Source of the DNA: Rotaria socialis
Lineage: Eukaryota
NCBI GenBank assembly: GCA_905331295.1
Contig: CAJNYD010000005.1
Span: 1 to 64,000 of the forward strand
Direction of reading: 5' to 3'
DNA: 64,000 nt
The position numbers and the translations under genes were made by a program. Under the pieces are notes generated by a model. The model was not told where the DNA came from. It did no database searches and worked only from the letters and a program-made list of their open reading frames with translations. Positions 1 to 11,349 of the stretch are shown here, piece by piece (within the stretch, counting starts at the first letter, position 1; the number at the start of each line of letters is the position of its first letter).

Positions 1-101
1 AGCCATACAAATTGTTACTGACAATATTTAAATGATGTGTTGAACACTTATCAGGAGTTTTTTGAATTTTTTTAGAAGAATCTTCAATTTTTTCAAAAAA
101 A

Positions 102-200
102 AATAGGAATATAGGAAAAAAGCTCAAAATATAGTCTATTATAGGATAAATTTTTAAAATATAGGAAATACAGGATATATAGGACTGCTGCGAAGCCAGA
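102..200. repeat. Cluster of (T)ATAGGA motifs, probably the subterminal end of a MITE that starts outside the window
   Basis: About 6 near-copies of atagga at irregular spacing, ending in ctgctgcgaagccaga; the partner end is not visible. Confidence 0.35.
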
Positions 201-801
201 TCCACACACATCCTTTTTTCATTGTTTTAAAATCACGAAAATAACGCTATGTTTTTAGTATTGCTTCAAATTATAGAAGACCCAACAAAATAAGTTTATA
301 TCGATGAAGCTTTGCATTTTTTTATTTCATTAATTACAACTAATAGGTATAGTTTTTTTAATTTGACAGAAGAAGCTACACAAGCAACTAATAATATATC
401 AGTAATTAATTGAATAATAGCAAGAGATTATTTAAATACAATAGCGAATAGTCAAAATTGATTATGCTTCCTTTTTTTCTCGCACAAACTTCGATGGTAA
501 CGAAATAGTGAATACCCGATTATAAAGCACATATCCGTACAGACTTATGTTATAATATACCAAATATTTACACAAAAATATTCGTTTTATATTTCTTGTT
601 AACAAGAACGCTAGAAAATCAGCAATGCTGACTCGATCATAAAAATAAATCATTAAATGTTTCAAAGAAGTTTTTATCATTTGCTTCATTTTCATATTAA
701 CAAAGAATCACAAGTAACAAAATAAATATTTTGTAGAAACAGAAATAGCTGTATCTAATTAAAAAAATTAGATATTGGTCATTACTGTAATAAAGATTGG
801 A

Positions 802-2448
802 TCATTTTTGTTTTTTAGGTGGTATCGATTGCCTAGTTTCATTGAATAAACGAGGAGGCGATGACCAACGCGAATATTTATATCGATTGGTTTGCTGTGC
901 TTGCATTTGATAACGATTAGGAATAACTAATAGAAATTCAATTGTTCTAAATGCTTTTCTGCATGATCCCTCAATTTGTTGATTTAATTCAATGTTAAAA
1001 TTATTAACACCTTGTTCATCAAGTATTTGACTAATTTTATTTTCAATTGATACGATTTTTCGTTTAACATCATTCAATGATTGTTCATCATATAGATTTA
1101 TATTTAATACCAACAATCGCTGAAAGAATCGATTCTCGAAGTATCGTTGAACCGCGAGAATTGAGTAAGTCTACTAAATCATTTAAACATGTTGAAATCT
1201 AAATAAAAGTATATGATAAAATAAATCTATAATTATATTTAACATACATTTTTAAATAAATCAAAATTTTCTTTCGTTTGTTGTAATGGTGGTGACAATG
1301 CTTGAGCTCGTTCTATTGACTTTTTTTTGTAATTGAAGATCTACTGAACTTGTTTTTATTATGTTCAACGCTTTGTAACCATATGTCACGTAGAATCTAA
1401 GAAGGAATTTTCAAATAATTGATATTCCACTGAAGCAATTATTTTTAAATACTTTTAAGTTACGTAAAATGCCGGGAAATAAGTTCATAATCGGTGAAAA
1501 TATATGAATACGATTAAATTTATTTTTGTTCGATGTAAGTAATTCTTGTATCGATTGACATTTGTCACAAGCATTCTTTACATTATTTGTATATAGTAAA
1601 ATGTCATGTTTCTGCATTAATTGAATAAATTCATGTGATCGTCGTAATTGTTTTTGTAATTTATCAATTGTTGACCAAATGTAACCTTTTATTATACAAA
1701 TATTTTGTAATAATTCTATTAATATTTGATCGTGACCTTTTTGTTCCATTAAACTGTTAATGTGTTTTATTAAATTATTGATAGATCTTTTAAACTCAAA
1801 TTCTAAATATAAAATTATATCATAAAGATAGATTAATTGATACCGATTAATTACTTAGTGAACTTCTAAAAGCAAAATAACGTGTGATTCGATTTTTATT
1901 TAGAAATTAAAATAAATTTCGTACTTATGTGTTTGCTGTTGGTTTGCATCTGTTTTATGAGGTTCAGATGATGTTATTGTTGTTACCATTGTGTCTTTGG
2001 TTTTTGTTGGTGGTTCATTTTTATGAGCTTTAAAAATCAAAAACAAATCGATAAAATTGAGTAGAATAGGACGAAACAAACCTAAACTTTCAATAGTACA
2101 TAAATATAGTATTGTGCTATTGGTATTTAAACCAAATCGTTCGATATATTGAGAAAAATTTTCATATGCATTAATATCTAATACACGTTGGTTAAAATCG
2201 TACAATTGTGTTTTATATTTACGATCATCTATAATGTCCGGAAAAAAAGATATAAAATAATTTCGGATTATTTTTGTTATTTTACTCAATTCGAACCGAT
2301 TGAGAGCTATTCCATGAACAGTCTGAAAATCCATATCTTTATCATTCCAAGGGCAAAAACGAGAGCCGCCACCATGTTTAAGTTCAACTTCTTTTAATAT
2401 ACCATCAGTTGTTCGAATTAAACGACCGCAACGAAGTTTTCTATTCAT
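802..2448 (-). CDS. Multi-exon gene of unknown function (N-terminal GGGxR...LYLCT domain followed by helical regions); 3' limit uncertain
   Basis: Collinear minus-strand ORFs 1900-2448, 1411-1749 and 802-1116, interrupted by short AT-rich segments with GT/AG ends; ATG at 2448. Confidence 0.6.
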
Positions 2449-3652
2449 TTATAATGACTTATCTAAACACAAGCTCGAAAGGAAAAGAACAAGAAACAAA
2501 GAAAACTATACTAAATAAATCATCTATGTGATTTCACTAAAAATGATTAAACCAATAGAAATAGAGAGTACACGAGGTAGACATAAATCGAATTTTTATC
2601 AGTCTATATGTGATTGGAAAGTATTTGAATCTTAATATAAGACAAATTGCAGTACGATAATTATGTGCACAATGGATAAAATCGTGTTCATCAGAGCGCC
2701 GAATAGAATTAGCAAACAAAATATTGAATAATAGATTTCTCTAGAATTTTCTCTATTTCATTCTCGAGATCGTTCACTTAGAAGAGAATATTATTTATTA
2801 AACAATGCCAAAACTCCTACTTTCATTTTATATTCATTTTTTGAATATTACTCCTTGATGGTAACGGTTGAGAACTTCCGGACTAAAGAGATCATTGCCA
2901 ACAGTGGATATTGATAAGTCCCATAAAGTAAGTACCAAGCATCTCGAAAAATCTGAAATTAATTTTTATGAGCTCCATTACTAAACGAAATTCATTTGAT
3001 TACCGAATGATTGTTGGCAATCTATAAGAAATATCATTCTCACAGAAAAACAAAAGACATATCTCAGATAAAGCAAAACAAAATTGAGTTTCAGAATCCC
3101 GATTAACTTTAGTCAAATTTTATAAACTTTGAAGACACATTTGAACACGTGGCTTGCCACGTGCAAGCAAGCAAACTAATTTTATTCCATATGATCTTTC
3201 TGTCAGCCGATCGAACAATATTGTTATCATTTTCTAACAATTCATTGAATTTTGCTCCAAGATATTATAGAAAAAAATTGAATGATTAAGTCATTGGAAC
3301 AAGAAAAGAACGAGAGTATAATAATTGAGAGCTCATCTAGATTCTATTTCCAGGAAACTCAGTTTATGAATTAATACTGTAATCTCTAACAATTTAGTCG
3401 GTTCAGATCTTGAATGAAAATAATATCGTCAAAATTTCGATGTGTTTTGTTTGTCTCACCAAGTTTTCTCTCACATACATGATTACGGTTTGTCTTCCAT
3501 TATTTACATCTGTTCCTATCGATTTTCTTTCAGTGCGACGCCTTCTGTTCTCTTATAACTATGAAAGCAATAAATTGATTTCTATATTTGAATACGCACT
3601 TGCTTTTTTTTAAAGGTTGCATAGAGTCGTTATTATTCGAGCTGTTTTTGAA

Positions 3653-5599
3653 ATGCCTCTACAAAATTGGATACAATCCGTTAAACAATTCTTCGAGTCT
3701 GATGAAAAAGCACAAGAAAAAACAACCATAAAGCACTATCGGAGCGAACATTCATCCCAGCTCTTAGCATTCATCAATATTATTAAATCCGAACTTCACA
3801 AATTTAAAAATGGCGAACACAGTATAATTGCCGATTTAAACGCGCTCAAATTCAATGTTATACCAGACGCTCTTACTTTATGCGAATATACGACAAATAT
3901 TATTCTCGGAAATCCAATCGATGATAATCTTTTAGAAATGGAAAAGATCATTGTTATACTTTATACTTTGCCGAAAAACAATGAGTTTAGTACTATCATG
4001 AGTAAAATTTTCATTAGTAGTTTATGGGAGCAACTCTCGCATCCACCTGCTAATTTCCTCACCCAAGTCGGTTATCAATGGAGATCAGCTGATGGGTCTG
4101 GCAATAATTTAGCATTTCCTGACATTGGAAAATCCGGACAAAAATACGTCCAGAATTATCGGTCGAAACGATCACAAACGAATGATCTTCCAGATCCAGG
4201 ACTAATTTTTGACGAACTCTTGAGACGATGTCCCGACAAAGATGGTCTATTCAAAAAAAGTGAATCCCTCATCTCAAGCAATTTTATCTATTTCGCAACA
4301 CTTATCACGCATGACATATTTAATACAGATCCAATCGACAAAAGTATCAATGCAACAACGAGCTATTTGGATTTGAGTCCACTCTACGGTTGGACAAAAG
4401 CAATGCAAGATTCTATTCGAACCGGTACGAACGGCCTTCTCAAACCAGATCAGTTCGCGGATACTCGATTTTGGCTTCAACCTGCTGGTGTCACAGTTTT
4501 GCTTGTTCTCTTTAGTCGAAATCACAATTATCTTGCAGAACATCTTCTCAAGATTGACGAAAATAATCGATTCAGTTCTCTCAAAGATCAGCAACGCGAT
4601 GAAGCACTCTTTCAAACTGCACGATTGATTAATGAACGAACTTATCTCAATATTATTATACATGATTATTTACGAGTCATATTTGGAATCAATCGAGTAG
4701 AAAATTCATGGAGTTTGGATGTTCGACAAGATTTTTCAACTATTGGCAGTGGCAATGATCTACCAATGGCAACCGGAAATCAATGTTCAATTGAATTCAA
4801 TTTTTTGTATCGATGGCATCATGCAACTAGTGTCGAGGATGAAATATGGCTTGAACATAAACTTTCAAAGCTTCTTGGCGATTGGAAAAATATGGATATG
4901 AAAACGATGTTTAAAAAATTAGGAGAGTTAAGTGAAGATCAAAAGCAGAATTCTCAACTCGTTCGTCGTGAAGATGGACGTTTCGAAGATAAAGATCTTG
5001 CAAGAGCACTTATTGATGGTTGTAAGAATGTTTCGGGTGCTTTCGGTGGTCAGAATACTCCTGTTTTGTTTCGGAATATTGAAATAAGTGGTATTTTGCA
5101 TGCGCGAAGCATGGGTGTCTGTACTTTAAATGAATATCGAAAATTTCTTCATCTACTAGAATATAAATCGTTCAAAGATTTGAATCCAGAATTGATTGAA
5201 CAATTGGCTAAACTCTATAAAACGATTGATGATGTGGAATTGTATCCTGGTCTTCTCTGTGAACGAAAGAAACCTGCTGTTGACGGAAGTGGATTCTGTC
5301 CAGGCTATACAACTTCATTAGCAATTTTGTCTGATGCAACAGCGCTCGTTCGAGGTGATCGATTTCATTCCAAAGAGGAAACGTATTTTAATCTGACTAC
5401 TTTCGGCATGGAAGATAGTCAACCTATTGATACAATTGACTATGGTACTCTCATAGGAAGCAAGTTAATCTCACGGCATTTGAGCAGCGTCTACAATAAA
5501 AACAATATTTATGCGGTGTTTCCTTTTACGCTGCCAAGTGAAACGTTGGCGAATTTGGGTGAAAATCGAACGAATTATGATTTCACTGAGCCAACCTAA
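3653..5599 (+). CDS. Heme peroxidase-cyclooxygenase superfamily protein, fungal linoleate diol synthase/Ppo dioxygenase-like, without a P450 domain; intronless
   Basis: Motifs WRSADGSGNN, LPDPGLIFD, FATLITHDIF (distal His), TSYLDLSPLYG, GNQCSIEFNFLYRWHH (catalytic Tyr and proximal His), DDVELYPGL, AILSDATALVRGDRF; first ATG at 3653 (the ORF-track start 3617 is TTG). Confidence 0.9.
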   Translation: MPLQNWIQSVKQFFESDEKAQEKTTIKHYRSEHSSQLLAFINIIKSELHKFKNGEHSIIADLNALKFNVIPDALTLCEYTTNIILGNPIDDNLLEMEKIIVILYTLPKNNEFSTIMSKIFISSLWEQLSHPPANFLTQVGYQWRSADGSGNNLAFPDIGKSGQKYVQNYRSKRSQTNDLPDPGLIFDELLRRCPDKDGLFKKSESLISSNFIYFATLITHDIFNTDPIDKSINATTSYLDLSPLYGWTKAMQDSIRTGTNGLLKPDQFADTRFWLQPAGVTVLLVLFSRNHNYLAEHLLKIDENNRFSSLKDQQRDEALFQTARLINERTYLNIIIHDYLRVIFGINRVENSWSLDVRQDFSTIGSGNDLPMATGNQCSIEFNFLYRWHHATSVEDEIWLEHKLSKLLGDWKNMDMKTMFKKLGELSEDQKQNSQLVRREDGRFEDKDLARALIDGCKNVSGAFGGQNTPVLFRNIEISGILHARSMGVCTLNEYRKFLHLLEYKSFKDLNPELIEQLAKLYKTIDDVELYPGLLCERKKPAVDGSGFCPGYTTSLAILSDATALVRGDRFHSKEETYFNLTTFGMEDSQPIDTIDYGTLIGSKLISRHLSSVYNKNNIYAVFPFTLPSETLANLGENRTNYDFTEPT

Positions 5600-7012
5600 T
5601 AATATAACGGTGGTGGATATTGAAAGATGTTAGGTGTAGGCTTTATGATTTCGAAATATTCTTAGAATAAAGGTCATTGTATGTGTTTCACTTTTCTTCA
5701 GTTGTAATACTCACAAAGATTAAAATATTCTCAACAGATATGCTTCAATGGTCATTCAAATAAAGTTGCGACCGAGCGTTGTAAAGAGGTACTCCGTCCG
5801 TGTTTTATCTCGTAGAGCGCGTAATTAAAGCTACAGAACGGGATGTCCGTCTCCACTATGTACAGAGATCCATATATAAGGATCGTTCGAACGATTTTTA
5901 TTTTCCTAGTAAACTCTGCATTCTAGAGTGTGGGTGTGGTTCTAACCGAATGTCATAGCTCTGATTCACCGTACGACATCTATTTGAGCATGAATTTATT
6001 TACATATTATTTTAAAAACTATTTTCAGCATTTTTTTTCTAAATTGGTTAGAAGTTTTTTTTTATTAAAGTGATTCATGATTATTAATGGATGAAGGTCT
6101 ACTGTTGGCTGTGTAAGGCAAAAATCCAAGATGTACGTTTTAAAAGTAGCTTTGCCTTTATATATTGATTGATTTATTCATTCATTCTCAATATAAACTT
6201 TGCGTGGCCAATAGTCGATTTCTCCCTCCAATCGTTCTTCATCTGAGCTAGTAATGGATTCAGACGACGATTCAAGCCATCGTCATCGCACTCAAGGTAC
6301 TTGCGCACCGCCAACATTTCATCATCGTAATGCAATGCATCGCGTGTCATCGGGTGGTATTGCTGATCATACATATCATTCAATAGGGGTGGCGGTATTC
6401 ATTACGAATGTCACTAGCATTTACACCTACACCCTTTGAAAGGGAACCATTTCAGAGAATTGTAATATTCACCGGATATAATTTCATACTTATTCGTTAG
6501 AAAAGCTCTTTTCATCCGGGTTTGTAGAGAATCAGACAAGGCATCTTTCGAAAAAAATGAAGCATGTACACCAAAATTTTACAGAGGTATTCGCAAAAAC
6601 ACTGAGAGAGACATTTATTCTGGTGCATTTGTTATATATTGAAACTGAGCTGGTTGTGTACATTTTTTTAACGTATGAAGAAATTTCTGGATCGATGAGA
6701 ATAGCACATGGAGAATGATCCTATTCGTTTAAACCAGCTAGTGCAAGCTACACACAAAAGTGTGAGTGTATCTTTTACTTGTTGAAAATGTCGTCAACAC
6801 TCAAAATAGGGAAAAGAGTAAATAAGTTGAGCAACTGAATTCTGCTGTTATTCAACTTGGAATTACACCTGGTAAGTATTTAACAGTGTGAATAGAAACA
6901 TTAGATGGTCGGTTCACAAATTTCGCTTTTTTGTTGTTATGAAGAGAAAAAAACGCTAATTTAATCGGACTGATTGTTCTTTTTTCTTAGAATAAGTTTG
7001 GATTCATTTTAG

Positions 7013-7932
7013 TACCACTACGCTCAAGCTCAATTGAAATTCATCAAAATGCAAAATGGAATCAAACCGGCGTAACTGTAGCCGGAGGAAATGGAGAAGG
7101 CAATGGAATCAATCAACTGAACTGTCCTTGGGGTTTGTATGTTGATGATGATCAAACTGTTTATATTGCTGAAGAATCGAATCATCGTATAATGGAATGG
7201 AAATCAGGTGCGACAAATGGCAAAATTGTTGCTGGCGGAAAGAGAAATCTAGTTAATCACTTAAACCATCCAGACGATGTGATTGTTGATGAAAAACGAG
7301 ATTGTCTCATCATCTCTGATTACAGGAATAAACAAGTAGTCCGATGGCCTCGTCAAAACGGCACCCGTGGAGAAACAATTATTTCAGACATCAGCTGCGT
7401 TGGTTTGACAATGGATGACATCGGATGCCTCTATGTTGTTGATCATGATAATAATGAGGTGAAACGTTATCCAATTGGTGAAAGTCAAGGAACTTTAGTT
7501 GCAGGTGGCAATGGACGGGGAAGTCGTCTCGATCAACTCTCGGATCCTTATTACGTATTTGTCGATCGAGATTATTCAGTGTACGTGTCTGATAATTCGA
7601 ACCATCGTGTAATGAAATGGGAAGAAGGTGCAACACAAGGTATTCTCGTAGCCGGCGGTCACGGATGTGGAAGTGATCTTACGCAACTAGATGGTCCACT
7701 AGGAATCGTTGTTGATAATTTGGGTACTATCTACGTGACTGATCGATCCAATCATCGAATTATGCGTTGGCCGAAAGGGTCTACACAGGGCACTGTCATT
7801 GCTGGTGGAAATGATTTAGGATCACAGTCAAATCAATTGACTTATCCCTACGGTTTGTCCTTCGATCGGCAGGGCAATTTATATGTCGCCGATCAAGGCA
7901 ATCATCGAATACAAAAATTTGAAATCGAATAG
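7013..7932 (+). CDS. NHL-repeat beta-propeller protein, terminal exon; upstream exons unresolved
   Basis: Acceptor ttttag at ~7012, then NAKWNQTGVTVAGGNG..QLNCPWGLYVD and about 6 repeats of VAGG(N)G.G....QL..P.G..VD....YV.D..NHR; compatible donor gtaagt at 6872. Confidence 0.9.
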
Positions 7933-8615
7933 ACTCAATGTTATTGTTCATTGTTTTTCGCTTTCTGCCCAATAAATAATCACGAGTAAATATAATTTCT
8001 GTTCTATTTTATGCATGCGCGTGAACAGAAACCATCGTGATGGAGTCGTGGTGATCACAAAGCTTATACACGTACGAGAAGACGTATAATGAAATGTAAA
8101 AGCACACCAATCTCGGTCTTTGCCAATCATAAATGGTCTTAGTGTCGTGTTGTTTAATTTAAAAATATTTTTTACTAAACGATTAAGGCAATCAAATAGT
8201 TGAATTTATTATTACAATACGCTTTTCTACAGTATTTCGAAGGATATAGATGTTAAGATGTGCGGGTAGGAATTTCGTTTTTAAACAATAGGATACCCAC
8301 ACAACCATGATATTGTGCTTTAATCCTATTGAAAAGTAGGTAAATATGAATAAAGTACGGAAAATCAGCTATTTTTTTTCTCGTTTTCAATCAAATTTAA
8401 ATGCACGGGAGAGATCTTATGCCATTTAATAGTAGTAATCGGGTAATTAAGCTTACATTTGGTTTGAAAAGCAATTCTAAGCTATGAGCGAAAATCTTTT
8501 GTTAAAATTCTATAGTATGACTGTGTACACTAATAATTTTAGCTATAATCGATAGAAAAATAGTTTAAAAATCGTAGCTTACATTATGATGTCATCTGAG
8601 TGGTAACATTTATTA

Positions 8616-10049
8616 CTAGTTACAAATAATCGACACCATATGGTTATACAGTATATTTGTATTCACGTCTACTGTTACCCATTCTGTTCCCATCTCTCTC
8701 TCGTATTCTACTATCAAGGTCTTAAAATGATTACGGTAATGGCGAATAAAATTGCTGAAATCATTATCGCTAGGAATTCTCAAGCGAAATACTGTAATAT
8801 GACTATTCGGCTTGCGTCGAAACGTTGCACCTGCTTGATCAATGTTCAAACCGCTTAAATTAACCAAAGCTTGTTCGACAGCTACGCCTATGAGAACTTC
8901 ATTTCTTTCAATTTGAAGCACTTTTTGAAATTTCTCCATCAGTTCACCGTGGTTTCTAGCTGTGTTTTCGAGCTGGTATTGTAATTTTGTTAACAAACGT
9001 CTTAATTGGGAAAATGTTGGCCGTTCCTGTGCACTCAAGTTCATTGTGTTCAACATTAAAGTCCATGTTTCATCGCTGCACGTTACCGGTTTTGATAATT
9101 TATCACCAGATGTGACGCGTTGACGTATTTCTTTGTCTGTTTCAATGTTATACCATGGTATTTTAGCTTTTGAAAAGGCTTCCCACATAGTTACACCCAT
9201 CGAATACATATCTGTTTTTTCCGAACACGTCTGGTCTTGAATCAACTCTGGTGCCGCATAACGTATTGGAATACAATCATTTGGCGCCGATCCATTATCA
9301 ACTGATACATATATAGAACTATGTCGTGTGAGACCAAAATCAGTCAATTTCACAAGATTATTTTCAGGATTGTACTTATCGAAACGAAATACTAGTATAT
9401 TTCTACATGCTAGATCTCCATGAGTCACTCGATTGTATGCAAGATAAGTCATAGCATCTGCGATTTGTGAAAACATTTCAATTAGAATCAGTTCATCTGG
9501 AACTCTCGACACATCATCGAGTAGGTTATGAAGACTTCCTTCGGGTGCATATTCTTGAAGTAACATAATCGTATCTTGAGGTGTTGGCTCCACCGTTCCA
9601 TATGTTCGTATAATGTGTGGATGACGACTCAATTGTACGCAAAAGGATGCTTCTCTTTTTGCTCGGACACCATTCATTTTCAACAATACTGTAGGTGGAG
9701 CACTGCGTCGTGTAATCCAATGAGCACGAAATATAGACTTTGTGTTTACCTGAAATATTGCATTACGTTCTTTCCGTACATCAACATCTAACTTAAAACG
9801 ATAATCAGCAGAATGTAATGAATTTTCGAATTCTTCTATTAAATTTTTAATTGCACGATTGGGACGTAAGCTGCCAATCGACAAAGGCTGTCTTGTCATA
9901 GGACTTGTATGGTTTTCTTGAATCCAAGCAACGATGGCTGACTCTTCATACGAATAACCATCATCAGCAATGACTGGAACCGAGAATATCTCTTGAGTTA
10001 TAGGGCAGATCAACGAATCAGTCACATGATGTTCTGTACCATGCGTCAT
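8616..10049 (-). CDS. U-box domain fused to a protein tyrosine kinase-type domain
   Basis: N-terminal LICPITQEIFSVPVIADDGYSYEESAIVAWIQENHTSPMTRQPL..LRPNRAIKNLI (U-box); kinase motifs HGDLACRNILV, DFGL, IPIRYAAPE, DMYSMGVTMWE, ERPTF. A possible extra last exon lies near 8010-8139. Confidence 0.88.
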   Translation of the reverse strand: MTHGTEHHVTDSLICPITQEIFSVPVIADDGYSYEESAIVAWIQENHTSPMTRQPLSIGSLRPNRAIKNLIEEFENSLHSADYRFKLDVDVRKERNAIFQVNTKSIFRAHWITRRSAPPTVLLKMNGVRAKREASFCVQLSRHPHIIRTYGTVEPTPQDTIMLLQEYAPEGSLHNLLDDVSRVPDELILIEMFSQIADAMTYLAYNRVTHGDLACRNILVFRFDKYNPENNLVKLTDFGLTRHSSIYVSVDNGSAPNDCIPIRYAAPELIQDQTCSEKTDMYSMGVTMWEAFSKAKIPWYNIETDKEIRQRVTSGDKLSKPVTCSDETWTLMLNTMNLSAQERPTFSQLRRLLTKLQYQLENTARNHGELMEKFQKVLQIERNEVLIGVAVEQALVNLSGLNIDQAGATFRRKPNSHITVFRLRIPSDNDFSNFIRHYRNHFKTLIVEYEREMGTEWVTVDVNTNILYNHMVSIICN

Positions 10050-10950
10050 TATTTTATTGTCGATAGAATGAAGTTCAGTCGAAGCGTTTTGAGAAAAAAA
10101 AAAAATTTCATTTTTCGTTTATTAAGCATTTTCTTATGTTTTGCATCTTGTTGAAGAACGAATAAAAAAACGAGAAAAGATGAATATTAAAATGCCGAAA
10201 GGAAATCAAAAAAAGAAATTCAGATCGACATCAAGAACTTATCTAACTAGTGTAAATGTATGTCCAGACATGAAATTATTAACGATGGATATTTATGCCC
10301 ATAGACAATTCACTCTCGCTAATAGTTTGATTGAAAAAAGAACACAAATTGCATCTTTTGTTTGAATATTTTTGTTTGATTTCCTTAAATTCTTTAATGA
10401 AATTCGCTTTAATTAAACATTAGCTAGTTTTGAAAATTCAGAGCTGTTTCCGTTTGGCATTTAGGTCTCACAAAACATTTAAGCGTAAATGGTCGTGCGG
10501 ATATCGGCAACACAATATTCTGTAACTATATGTGGGCAACCGGTCATTTGTAGCCGTGGTATGAATAATGACTGACTTATCTACCAATCAATTCCAAATT
10601 TGACCAAAGACAAATGTCCAAATAAAACTGACGGCTTTGCCGGTATATATATTATTAGTAGAGAGTGTTTTCACAGCGGATTGCCGAAACTAGAAGAAAT
10701 TGAATTATGAGTGATGCTTAGAAGACCTTCAGATAAAAATATTCTATAAATTCTAGATAGTTTTGATGACAGTATACAATGATTTTCTTGCTCATACGTG
10801 TACAACAAATGGTTTATCGTAAAAGCCAAAGCACTTGCAAAGGTCGTGCAATAGTTTCTGTTGTAGAGCAAATATTTCTCTACAAAATGGGACGTCGGCG
10901 AAGCTTGTACGACGTGTGATTCAATGTCTTACAGTTTTACTAAAGGCACT

Positions 10951-11349
10951 ATCTTCATTCACACCCACACCCTAGCTATGAAACAATCTTTATTACGGAT
11001 TTAAAATTGATTTTACTTTACAGATAAGATTAAATTTTAATAAAAAATAAATATTAACATATTACGAAGTGAAATTTATAGAAAAAAATATTTGATTTAT
11101 AACACGTGAAATTGTGAAAAGAAAAGAAAAAAAATCGAATTTCTATAACGGAAAGATAAAGAACAAAAGAGAAATATTCAATTTAATAAACATTTAAGGA
11201 GGCAATCACAAACCCGACACATTAAAGTATTTATTTGTTCGAATTGTATTCCAAAACAATCTATTTTCATTAGTCAATTTTTGATTATTCATATTCAAAA
11301 AATAAAAACGATATCTCAGCAACTGGAGGGTGTGGGTGTGAATGAAGAT
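10951..11349. mobile_element. MITE-like element with a 23-bp perfect inverted repeat
   Basis: atcttcattcacacccacaccct (10951-10973) and agggtgtgggtgtgaatgaagat (11327-11349) flank an AT-rich non-coding interior; no clear TSD. Confidence 0.7.

Noticed and set aside
462..695. 77-aa ORF as the last exon of the first gene
   Set aside because: The upstream ORF already stops at 802 and no splice connection was established
4274..4901. ORFs overlapping the dioxygenase
   Set aside because: Antisense or off-frame shadows with no motifs
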